From Klebsormidium nitens (lineage: Eukaryota > Plantae > Klebsormidiophyceae): a stretch of 50,092 bases of DNA. The notes under the pieces are model-generated. The model saw nothing but the letters and a program-made list of their open reading frames with translations. It was not told the DNA's origin and searched no databases. This document shows positions 1 to 10,990 of the stretch, piece by piece (the first letter of the stretch is position 1; the number at the start of each line of letters is the position of its first letter). Location of the stretch: the NCBI GenBank assembly GCA_000708835.1, contig DF237593.1, forward strand, positions 1-50,092, given 5' to 3'. Both the position numbers and the translations under genes were made by a program.

Positions 1-799
1 GGTGATCCGGTGGCTTTTCTAGTTCAATACACCTGGGCCTACTCCCTCAAGATTGTGGCAGACCCCAGCGCAAAATTCCGCTGGAAAATATTTTGGAGCG
101 ATACATATGTAATGGTCGATAATGGTACTTTTTAGCAGGTAACACTAGGTCTGCCGGAAGGATAAAACGTTTCATAATTAACTTTTCGGCGTCGAAGGTG
201 CCGAAATCAAATAGCAGTACGGTATTTCCAAATCAGCTTTCTGGCTACGTCGTACCTATTAGATGTTGAATTCTGAGTCGGTATACCGATTCTGAGTGGG
301 TCGGCTGTGGCACCTCATCCGAGCAGCGGCCGCGCCTGCTTGAAAACAAGCGGCACGCGCGCCTCTACTGCTTTTTTGACCTCTGTCAAACTTTGGGTGC
401 ATTTAATTTCAGGTCCCAATATGACGATGTGGTACAGACATTTCATCAAAATTCTGCAGTAGAAAGCGGCTTCTACTTGCGGAGGTTCTTGTGGCGACGA
501 TCGGCGTTTTCTGGAACTCACATCGAGGAAATCGAGGAAAAGTTGAAATTATACGCTGATACATAAACCAAGGGCTATTATTACTCCAATTTTCCGAATG
601 CGAAAAATCAATGCCAAAATGTTGCGGACTCGGTGTGAGCTGTGAAGAAGCGTGCAAGATCCGCAAGAAGCAAAGAAAGCAACTTCAACTTCAAGTTCAA
701 GTTCAAGCAAGACAAATTGGGCTTCAGAGCTTGAATCCACTGTCCGCTCTGGCAGCCGCCTTCTTACGGGGCCCTCGTTGGCCGTATGAGCAGCCATCC

Positions 800-3700
800 A
801 TGGCTATTGCAGCCTTTATTCCTACAGCAAGCAGCACTTTTTGCTCAAGCGCTGGCCTGCACATTGGTTCAACTAGCGCTTGGCCACACACATGGTTTTC
901 CCCCTTCCAAAGCTTTCCGTCTTTTCTTGCACCGTATGGGACCATCAATAGAGAGAAGGATGTAGTGGAGGATCGGCTGCAGAAAGGGCGAAGCCGAACA
1001 GCCCCTGCAAGAAAGCCCACGGAGATCTCAGCAGTTGGCAACCAAGTGGTTGCAGAGTTGGAATTGCCACAACAAGTAGACTCGGCAAATGCTCTTGAGC
1101 TACCACCAGCTATTGAATCCACCCCGCTTCTTCATTCCTCAAAAGACAGCCATCTGTCCACGACAACCTGTGCCAAGTCTGGCAGTAATTCCCCAGCCCT
1201 GTTGGTTAACGGGTGTCAGCATTCAGAACGACGCGTTGCCAGAAGGGGAATGCTGTCATTACTGGGGCTGGGAGCTGTAGGGGAAGCTGGAAAAGCTATT
1301 GCTGGCCCGTTCATTTTTGATCCTCGGTGAGAATTGGCACTGATGAAATGGTGGTGTGGTTGCAGTAGCCATATTTCAACCACATATTGACTTGGTACTA
1401 ACATTCATGTCGGTGGATTCAACCAGAATTCTAGCAGTAAAAGTGAATGGGGCTATTGTGGAGCCTTGCTTTATGTGAGGAAGTTTGTACATGTAAAGTA
1501 ATGGCATCCTGTGAGTCATTTTCAAGCTGTTTGCAATCGTAAGAAGGCCATGAAACAAACGTGAACACATTCAACGCCAACAAGGGCCTTTCTGCACGAA
1601 TTCGATTCCATGTCTAGCACAAGGTCACCCTATCAGTCAAGCAAGTCCTGTTGTTCAATCCTCTTGAGGAGAGTGATAGTTGTGCCTTACAGACATCGTT
1701 CAACATGAAGTCTGGCCACCAGCTTGCAAGCTTTCACGGAGAGTCAGACTCATAGCTGCCGATTACCAAGATTTCAAGCTTGTCTGCAGCTATTGTCACC
1801 TTCTCTTTCACCATCTTTTGTTTTCTCAGTGCCAACGTTGACCTGACGCCATCCGGGTTCAGAGTGTGCTTTCCTTGTGAATCTCAAGGGTGCAACTTTC
1901 AGAAGAGAAGCTCGAGCTTCAAGGGGTTCCAGCGTCTGTCTCAAATACCACCCTGCGCAGTTATACAACACAAGCATGAGTCTCTGGGCTGTACCAATGA
2001 CTGAGCCACACAGTACGCAATAAATTGTTGCACTCATTCAACTTCATTGCACAAAAAAAACTCCAGGAATTGTCAACAAATCCAAGCCTGCTATACATGG
2101 AGCCATCACTGGCTATTTTCATCCCAAGCTTTTTCGTGTGACTTGGAAGACAACGGTCGTAAACAGGATGGAGCAGAATCCTGTGGTGGCTTGGATTTGC
2201 GACTTGATTGATATGCTCCCCTCTGCAGAGCAGCCCTCTGCAGTGATGGCCGCTTCAGTACCGATGAGTCAGGGTGCATCTTTGCCAATCAGCGGCTCTT
2301 CTACCGCGCTGGACGAGAGATCTATATAGAGCAGGTAAGCTTTGAAATTGGGAAGGTTCGCTCTTTTCAAAGACAGTCTGGTCTCTCATTTCGAATCGGT
2401 AGAGGGAAAGAGAATCTAAGCAAACAAGGCTGTGAGCGAGGTACAGTAACAGTCTGTTGTAAACCCCTCAAAAAGCAAGAAAGTACAAGCGGCGACGGGT
2501 GCAACTTCTGAGACTTGTCTGGCTCCGAATCTCTGTGACAAAGGGTGTTCACAGCTACTTCCCTCTGCTGATAGCTTCTCTTGTGGCCCGCTCATCTCTC
2601 AACTCTCGGCTGACCAGAGTTCCTGTTATTGGTGAACAAAAACAAGTTACGACATTTATTGCGGCCCTCAATTTCTGCAGTTATATGCTCACCATTTTGA
2701 CAGCAAAAGCATCGAATCACAAAAATCACATTATCCTTCCTCACCCTCCAAGGGAAGAGATAAAAACGCAGGTCGGAAGTATCAATGAAGCAAGGCGTTG
2801 AAATGTGCTACTTTACTTGCTAGGGGGTTGCTAGTAACACGCTCATTTCTTCACACAGAGGTTTGGCCAGAAAGGGAGCCGCTCCACAGGCGCTGCCGTA
2901 TGGGAAGCCAATCTAGTACTGACTAGGTACGTCTTTAGCCGCTCTCCGTTGACTTTTCTTGGCCAAAGAGCTCGGAGCCTGATCTTGAGGACATGCGACT
3001 TCAACGGTTCAATCGGAACTCCCCTGCCGAATTCTGCTTCGTAGGGAAGGTTTATGCCGTTCAACTCCCGCTCTATCTCTTACGTGACGGAACGTCAAGT
3101 GGCACAGGTCGGACCTTTGCGCAAATTTTGGTCGAGGAAAACCCACTCTCATTTGCAACCTGCTTCTGGCCACGTTTGCAGGTATATGGAGACGCTCACG
3201 CCGTCGTACTGGAAGCGGAAACGGGTGATCGAACTAGGCACGGGCACGGGTTTCGCCGCCATCACCGCCGCCATGCTGGGTGCTGCAGACGTGACTGCGA
3301 CCGATGGGGACGACAGGTGCTTGTTTCTCTAGGTACCTGCTTCTGGTTCCCGTTCCTAACCTCCTTTCTTCTCGGCTGTCGTTGCGCGGATTACAGATCA
3401 GTTGAGACTGACCTTAAGACGATCTTGAGAACCAGACTGTCTTTAGCCGCTCTCGCCACTGGATTCAGAACTATTCGCGGTGGGCTCTTTTCCATTAAGC
3501 ACTATCCTTAGTGTTTTTATCATTGATACCATTTCAGCCTCTCGATATTTCAACGATTCCTGAATTCATAGGTCTCGCAGTATCTTTAAAGATAGCTTTT
3601 GTATGGTCAAGGAGATTGTTTACATAAGTGAAGGTGCCGCACTCCGCTATTGGCATGTATGTCCGGCCGCCGTTATGCTGCCCACTTCGAAAGGTGCCCG

Positions 3701-6325
3701 TCGGAAATTTCTGACGCGAGTCCCTCTCTGAAAAGAATGCGGTCTCTGTGGTCTTTAAGGGCACTTATGGTAGGATTATAGTGAAAGCTGCGACTTCTCA
3801 GGAGTCGATGCCAAAAGCAGGAAGGATCTTCCGGGAACCAAAAAGCTAGTCGGGGATTTGTATATTTTTTGGAGACGCAGCATCAATTGGGCTGTACGAT
3901 TGTACGATTTTGAAGCACCCAGTAAAGCCACCTCCTTTCGTATAGTCGCTCTTGGAGCCGGCAAGTGAAGCTCGCTGCCGTTCTTTGCTGAGGGCAAACC
4001 TGATCTCAGCATATCTATTGATGTCAGTCAGATGATTGCCCCGTTGATTGCAACAGTGGACTTCTACCTTAATGCACTTTGGCAAGTCTTTTGAAGAATG
4101 AGGCGAGGGCGTAGCCGCCCTTGTGAAACTTTCGCTTAAAACCCACATGCAACCTGGCCCCGAAGCTGACACTGCGAAAGAGACGCCAAAGGGTGCCTGC
4201 CAACTGAGTTTCCGACGGTGTCTCCATTTTGCAGGGTGCTGGAACTGGCTGCCAAGAACTTCGAAGCCAACGAGGCAGCTTTCGGATCCGACTTGTCGAC
4301 CTACTTGGCGCAGCTGCGATGGGGGAGCAGTCGAGACGAACTTGAAGAGGCGGGGATACGACCGACGTATGACGTCATTGTCGGCGCCGATCTGGTGAGC
4401 TGTGACGGTGCGCGGCGTCATAAGTGCCCGGCTTTGCCGCTATTCAGACCGTTATTCGCTTTAGAAGCTGCCAGGGGGTCTGTGAGCTAACCTCTCGTTT
4501 GCCAAAGGTGTCAAAGCAAATGTGAGAGCCCTTCGGAATGTGGCGTCACCCGTCCAAAGCTTGCCACGCTGCACGCTCTTGCAACAATCTGAACAGTGCT
4601 CGTTCCGACACCCCGAGGGTCCGTTTGCAAGAGTCGTTCTCGAGAGCTTTCACGAGACGGCCTAAGGCTCGAGAAACTTGAGTGGTTCTAATGGGCGCTG
4701 CAGCATGCGTAACGGGTGCGATTTACATGGGACAGCGGGGGGGCAAAATGGACCCAAGATCAGTTCGCTTTGATACTCAGTTATCAAGACGCATTTGTTT
4801 TTCGCTCTGCCTCAATGGGGATCCGAGCTTGAAAGCGAATGCGACTTTCGACTGACTGCTGTGACCACTGCTTGAAGACCTACTACAAGGACAACATCTA
4901 TCCGCTCGTCGTCACGTTGGCCGATCTCAGGTAGGGAGCCTTCTACAGCTCGTTTCGGAACCCTCGTGGGGGGATAGCGCGGTCTTGCTTCTCGTTCTCA
5001 TCCACGGCACTTACAAGGCTTTTACAGATGGCGCTGTAATCGGTGCGTAAAAGAAAACAGAATGCGTGAGACTCAGAAAGGTTGCTTTCAAGTGCGCTTC
5101 CATTTGAAATTTTGGAAGAGTCGCATCCAGTTTGAGAGCAGGCTCTGACAATAATTGACATGCTATTGTCAATTCTTTTCTCGTCCCTCGGCGAGCACAC
5201 TAGCTCCGTCCATACAGAGGCTGTGTGCGGTGACCTTTCAGCTCCTGTGGGCTCGCCCTATTATCTGGGCGGCAGACGGAGACAAAAGCAGATGGTGCTA
5301 AGATGTTCAAAGGGTTGTATTGTTTTTCTGCTCGCGAGAAAGTATACCATTATTGATAAACCCTTCACTATGTAGAGCCCCGAGAGTGCGATAGGGTTGA
5401 TCCGACGGTTTCCTCACACACATGAGAGTACTGCTGACAATATGAAGCCGTCTTTGCAGTTCTCCGGATACCGACATCTTCTTGGCGCACAAGCAGCGGC
5501 AGGAGGAGAACGAAACGTACTTGCACGAGCAGCTGGCGACCTTTTTCGACTGGGAGGTGAGTGCACGGTCGCCCGTTTTCTGGATGTACGAACTAGAGGC
5601 GCGGGTTTGTGATTCGTCCCGTCGCTGGTGAAGCGCATCCTGGCAGTTGACTGCCTGCGTCGTAGAGCTTGGTGTTGGGTTGCGGGTTAGGGAAAACGTC
5701 GCCTCTTACTCCAACTGTCCGCGGTTTGCAACCGAAGCGGTCGACAGAGGCGCTGCCGATGCCCCGGTTTCACGATGGTGCATGCCGGGACATCGAGCCG
5801 GGATGGGTTGGATAAGCGGTGTTTTGGACGGGCGGGCTCCTTGTTCGGGTCGTTGATTGGCATATCACGAGCATTTCTCACCGTTGCTCTTCGGCCACTC
5901 GCTTGTATCTCGTTGGAGTAGACGTGAGGTGTAAGGGTTCTGTAAGGCAGTTTAGTTGCCGTTCACTGTCCTGACACGCCTTGGGCGTTGGAGCATCCAG
6001 GCTGCACTCCGAGAGCTCATTGCCCATGGTTGGGGAGTGACAATATTGCAAACAGCGTCATATGATCAAGTCACTGGTCTGTGCGGTGCCGCCTTATTTC
6101 GGAGGCACTTTCAAACCAAGGTCAGCAGGTCATGTTCGGACCTTGCTGAGGTCAGTCGCATTTGCTCAACTCGACCATCTTTATAGATGCGTACGCGCAT
6201 TTTCAAACAGCCCTCATATTGGTTATTGTCTTGCTTTTGTCCAGGAGATTCGAGGAAACGAAAGGGGGCTAAGTTGGGGCAAAGATCATCCGAGCGTTGT
6301 GATTCTACGGCTACGTAAGCGGTGA
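800..6325 (+). CDS. METTL21/Methyltransf_16-family SAM-dependent (protein-lysine) methyltransferase with N-terminal plastid/Tat-like targeting region; 8 exons: 800-1326, 2229-2334, 2859-2926, 3182-3316, 4235-4394, 4878-4930, 5460-5556, 6245-6325
   Basis: All junctions are GT..AG with matching phases. The spliced product contains STGAAVWEANLVL, motif I RVIELGTGTGFAAI, VTATDG, LRWG, YDVIVGADLTY (DxxY) and IFLAHKQR, which are hallmarks of this family. The start could alternatively be ATG 611. Confidence 0.85.
1241..1303 (+). other. Putative twin-arginine (Tat) thylakoid transfer peptide RRGMLSLLGLGAVGEAGKAIA
   Basis: RR-x-hydrophobic motif, Gly/Leu/Ala-rich core, a basic residue near the C-terminal end and an A-x-A cleavage site. 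It is preceded by a Ser/Ala-rich N-terminus (MAIAAFIPTASSTFCSSAG). Confidence 0.5.
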
Positions 6326-7140
6326 CCTGTTGACTGAACTGCTTGATCAGATTGATTGATGCAAATCGCATGGAACAACGGAAGTTCGGACGTCTTGAAT
6401 TTATATCCTCTTAACATGCTATCAACATGACTTGCATGTTCATGTTGCAAGCCCATGGCAGCACACGTGCTGTATTCTTGTGGTACTTTGACTTACATTC
6501 CATGATCTGGCAGACTACCAGTGGGTTGAGAAAGCTATATACTAGGATCGCTTCGACAGAGCATTAAGCTTTGTTCGACGCGTCCATGTTCAAAGATGTA
6601 GTAGCGACGTCGATCCCCGCCAGAACTTCCGGCCCTGCCTGATTTTACTTGATCGATATCGACACTGGCAGATCACACTGAGTACGTCACGCGAAACGCT
6701 GTTGTGCTTGGCATCGAGCTGCTCACTTGCATGTGAGGCTTGCACTCAAATTTGTCAATGACGCCGTGCGGTGTACTACTGAAAGCCGCAGTTGCACGCA
6801 TGCTGTTCATACCCTGATCGTTTCGATCGGCTTGTATAGTCAATATCGTACTTTATCTCTTCTCGATAATCCAGTCCTGTAAATCCAACTTGCATGCAAC
6901 AAAGCAGCTTGCATCCTTGGATAGATTTTCCTGTCTACATGTCTACTAGTAAGCAAGAAAACCGCGGCCATAACCATCATTCGTTCTAAGATCTTTAAGC
7001 CCTGAAAGAGTCGTCGTTGACGAGCGTACCCGCATGTCATAAACATCCGTACAATACTATGCGACTTTGAGTCTAAGTTGCATCAATAGACTACAAGTCC
7101 AACAGGCTTGTGACTCTCAAATCCAAAATTAATTATCTAT

Positions 7141-8469
7141 CTAACCAAACAACCGTATCACTGTGCCGATAGCTTTGTTGCAAATGGGGCATCTTTTTCT
7201 GTCCTTACGGACTTTGCGCCCACACTCGAAGCACATCCGGTGCCCACATGGCACAAGAGCAGCATCCTTTGGCTTTGCAAAGCAAATGCAACAGTTCGCC
7301 CCTTCAGGCTGAAGCGCCATGTGCGTGTTGCTTCTTAGATGTTGGTCCAGGAAGGCCTGTGAGGTGAAGGTGATGCCGCACGGAGCACAGTGATGAGTGT
7401 GTAAGGGAGAACTTAAGTGCTGTTGGAGGGAGGTCGGGGTGGCAAACTCTCGGTTGCACTCTTCACAGCGGTGAACATGTGCTGGGGAACTCTGGTGCTG
7501 ACGAAGGGCTTGTTTTGAATCAAACGTCCTATCACACTTGTTGCAAGAAAAGACTGGGGTGTTATGGGCGGAGGACGTCTTAAGATGCTGCTGCAGTGCT
7601 TGCTCCGTATCAAATTCACGGTCGCAAGATTCACAATAGGCAAGGGGGTGGAACTCGTCCCAATGCTCCTCCAAGGCAGCTTCACCAATGCACTCAACCC
7701 CGCACTCTTCACAAGCTATGACTCTGTGTTCGGGGGATTCCCTAAGGTGGTGTTGTAGCTCTTCTGCAGTGTCAAACTCAAGATCGCAGGGTTCACAATA
7801 GGGATCAGGATGAAAAAGGTCCATGTGCTCCCCTAAGGCTTCCGCGCCAAAGCAGCGCGCCCCACACTCTTCGCAGGGCAGGATGACATGAACCGTTGCT
7901 TCTCTCAGGTGCTGCTGCAAAGCTGCCTCCGTATTGAACTCCAAGTCGCAGTCTTCGCACCAGAACACCGGGTGGAACTTCTCCATGTGCCTGTCCAGCG
8001 CTGCTACGCCCACACATTCTACTCGGCATACAGCACAATTGTACACCCTATGCACCGAGGACTCTTTCAGGTGCTGTTGCAGTGCCGCATTTGTGCCAAA
8101 CTCTCGGTCGCAAGGCACGCAGTAGGGAAGGGGGTGGTTTGAGTCCATGTGCTCCTCCAGGGCCGCTCCGCCCTTGCATTGAGTGCCGCACTCCGCACAT
8201 GCTGCAACTCTGTGGATTGGTGACTCTCTAAGGTGCTGCTGCAAGGCCCCGTCTGAGTTGAATTTCCGGTCACATAGCTCGCAGTAGGATTGGGGGTGGT
8301 ACAAGGCAAGGTGGTTCTCCAGGGCTGCCGCACCCGCGCTCTCAAAACCACACTCATTACAAGCATAAACCCTGTGGACAGGAGAGGAGTGCAGATGCTG
8401 CTGCAGAGCGCCATCTGTGCCAAACTCCCGGTGGCATTGCTGGCAGTAAGAAGAGCGAGAGTCCCACAT
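7141..8469 (-). CDS. Intronless 442-aa protein with 14 tandem C2H2 zinc fingers and a C-terminal C3HC4 RING (putative E3 ubiquitin ligase)
   Basis: Repeats of CxxC-x12-H-x4-6-H (e.g. CDREFGTNAALQQHLKESSVH). C-terminus is CCICFAKPKDAALVPCGHRMCFECGRKVRKDRKRCPICNKAIGTVIRLF (IAP/zf-C3HC4_3-like RING). Confidence 0.92.
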   Translation of the reverse strand: MWDSRSSYCQQCHREFGTDGALQQHLHSSPVHRVYACNECGFESAGAAALENHLALYHPQSYCELCDRKFNSDGALQQHLRESPIHRVAACAECGTQCKGGAALEEHMDSNHPLPYCVPCDREFGTNAALQQHLKESSVHRVYNCAVCRVECVGVAALDRHMEKFHPVFWCEDCDLEFNTEAALQQHLREATVHVILPCEECGARCFGAEALGEHMDLFHPDPYCEPCDLEFDTAEELQHHLRESPEHRVIACEECGVECIGEAALEEHWDEFHPLAYCESCDREFDTEQALQQHLKTSSAHNTPVFSCNKCDRTFDSKQALRQHQSSPAHVHRCEECNREFATPTSLQQHLSSPLHTHHCAPCGITFTSQAFLDQHLRSNTHMALQPEGANCCICFAKPKDAALVPCGHRMCFECGRKVRKDRKRCPICNKAIGTVIRLFG

Positions 8470-8830
8470 CCTCGTTTCAACTGCTGATTTGGCGGCCCCA
8501 CGCCAACTTCCTTTTATATTTTAAAAGGCAGTTCTGCCTACACCAAGAACCGTTTATTGCCTAGACCAACAATGCTATTTTAGAGGCCAACCAGCTTCGT
8601 TCACATTCTTTGGAGTGGAAGCCCCAGCAGATAAAATTCATGCCACGCAGTGCGCTGGCACGCTGGCAGTTAGGATCACAGAAGCTGGTAAACAGACTAA
8701 ACCATCAGGGGTGCAATGCTGACACGGATCAGAATGAGCATGGTAGGTTCTTTCCATGTCTCCTCCAAAGTCGGATCCTCATGCGCCCCTACCTACAAGC
8801 TAGGTATCTTACCTAAAACAATTTTGTGTA

Positions 8831-9139
8831 CCGTAGTGGAAAGGTATGAAGCCGAAAAAATAAATAATTGTTTACCATTCGGCAAGTTACATTACCTGTT
8901 TTTCATTCGGCAAGTGGTTTTTCGGATTTGGTAAATAATTGCTCAATTGCGGTCGGATTCTCAAAATTATAGCCGGGCAGCCTCATTGACGCTGGTATGG
9001 GGCAAAAAAGCCCTCGGGGAGAGCTACCGAGCACATTCGGATTCAGGGTCGAATTCACAAATTAAATCGGTTAAACAGGTCGTATTCGATTAAATAATTA
9101 CCATTTTGAACCATTCGGCTTCATACCTTTCCACTACGG
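8831..9139. mobile_element. MITE A, Tc1/mariner(pogo)-type non-autonomous element, 309 bp
   Basis: Perfect 26-bp terminal inverted repeats CCGTAGTGGAAAGGTATGAAGCCGAA (8831-8856 and 9114-9139), flanked by TA on both sides (8829-8830, 9140-9141). AT-rich interior with no ORF. Confidence 0.88.
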
Positions 9140-9148
9140 TATTTAATA

Positions 9149-10002
9149 CAGTGATGTCAGTGTCGCAAGTAGGACAAAGTACACTATTATATTAGTGTCT
9201 CCGGTCGACCTGTCAGAGAAAATACTCACATGGCGTCAATCTGTGCAGGCATTGGCTACTGGTCTGACATGCGTCAGAGCAATCTGTTTGCTTGATCCGG
9301 GACTCCGGTCCATCTTTGACCGGGCACCGGGACGGTACCGGGCTGCTTCCCGGTCTGTGGATTGTATGTTAGCTACTACCTACTCCCGTTATCCGGAGTC
9401 CGGTTAAACGTAAGTTGATAACAGACCGTATTTAATGGTCTGTAGCACGGTATGTACGGACTCCAGGAAACCCATTGTCTGGTTTCACACGGTTTCAGTA
9501 GTACGGTTAGTCAAATAGTAATTCGGGTCACAATAAGGGTTTATAAGTCTTGGCACAAACGATCGGTCACTTTGCAGTCACAATCACAATCGCAGTCAGT
9601 GTCTACCTTCCGTGCGGTGTCAAAGTCACGTATTACAAAATAATACGGTTCACTTACGAAAATGGTTTACCGATAGGTTCGAATTGTCACAATTACAGTC
9701 ACAGTTACTATTACGGTCACAATAACAGTCACAGTCACAGTCACAGTCACAGTCATAGTCACCGGATCACCGTCTTTTAACCTGGTTAACACAGGCAGGT
9801 TAACTCCACCCGTTAGCGGTCGTCCAGCTACCCGGCCAGCAACTTTAAGTGCCCGGGGGACGCTGTGCGGGTGTGGTACCGACCGGCCAGCTTCACAGGT
9901 CTGTTCATTTATGGTCGCGGCGCGGGAAGGTATTAACACATAAAATTTATCGGAGACACTAATATAACAGTGTAGATTGTCCCTTTTGCGTCAGTGTCAC
10001 TG
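9149..10002. mobile_element. MITE B, Tc1/mariner-type non-autonomous element, 854 bp
   Basis: Imperfect ~55-bp TIRs beginning CAGTGA and sharing GGACAA..TACACT.TTATATTAGTGTCTCCG. TA flanks at 9147-9148 and 10003-10004. Confidence 0.75.
9726..9761 (+). repeat. (CAGTCA)n hexamer microsatellite inside MITE B
   Basis: CAGTCA x5 plus TAGTCA, with degenerate copies at about 9575-9600 and 9695-9725. Confidence 0.9.
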
Positions 10003-10165
10003 TAAGACATTTCTAACATTTATTGACGCTAAGTTTTGACTCGCGATGAGATTCAACCGGCGGAGCCGGCCGCGAGTATGTCCGCGGGCGCGGATCGCCG
10101 CCCATCTCAAGCAGGGTTTGGAGATGTTGACGTGCCGCCCCTGAATCATAAAGAGCAGGCCGCTC

Positions 10166-10214
10166 ATTGGCTGTTACCAGCTGAGGTGGCGAACCAATCC
10201 CCGCCAATTTGAAT
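10166..10214 (+). promoter_or_regulatory. Candidate cell-cycle promoter module of the TCX gene: CCAAT boxes plus CDE-like CCCCG, 4-nt spacer and CHR TTTGAA
   Basis: ATTGG at 10166-10170, CCAAT at 10194-10198, then CCCCG-CCAA-TTTGAAT at 10199-10214. A 5' UTR splice donor (CAG|GTATGC, 10273/10274) follows, and an acceptor at 10973 precedes ATG 10991. Confidence 0.45.
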
Positions 10215-10990
10215 ATGAAATTGCACGGCAACCGCACATTGTTTTGGGGGGTTGCATCCAGGGATTCATTCAGGTATGCATCAGACCCCTGGTTTCAAAA
10301 GGCCGAACTCCCGCCAGAAACTACTCGCCGCTCGGTCGGTTTAGGTCGGTTGGTGGTCGGCAGTCCATGTGGCAGACTGCGGGGCCTGATCGGGGCAGCC
10401 TGAGCAGCAATCGACGGCTTGAGCCTGACTGCGAAAAGTGCTTGCCGCCATTTCTCTGAACAGCCAAAAAGAACCGCAAAGCGGTTGCCAGCTGTCAGTA
10501 CGTGTTGCTGGCTCCAGCCTTTTTGAGGCTGCATTTCCTTGGGTGGTGAAAAAGTTGCAGGAGCAGCGAGTCAGGATCATCAGGAACACTTTGCCACTGC
10601 TTTTGGTGGAAGGGGATTGCTACCACAGGCTGTGAGATAGTGTGGAGTCAAATCAAAGGCGGCGCACACTTTGGCGCACATCGGAACCAACATTGGCATC
10701 AGTGCCGACAATTTGATTCGTTTGTTATACCACAGCCGAACTCTGAGGGTTGCTTTACAACAGGAGGCTCTGAGTATATAAGATCAGCATTACGCAAAGC
10801 TCATGCTTCATCAAGAACATCCAAGTCGGCCGCTTTTGCAGAAAGTGTAGTCAAAGATGCGGTGGTGACAACGCCCTATGTAAAACTCGAGCAACTGGGA
10901 GTGGAAAGCAAACCCCGAGATGTGTCAGCAGAGGGGCTGGAGAAGGCTTTGTTGAGCTTGAGGTTACCTGTAGAAGTATTGGCTGACGTC

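Noticed and set aside
7141-8469. Regularly spaced nucleotide repeats superficially like a CRISPR array
   Set aside because: They are the coding repeats of the zinc fingers; eukaryotic context, no cas genes.
8475-8495. E2F-like TTTGGCGG and TTGAAA just upstream of the ZF-RING ATG
   Set aside because: Spacing does not fit the CDE/CHR pattern and short motifs occur by chance.
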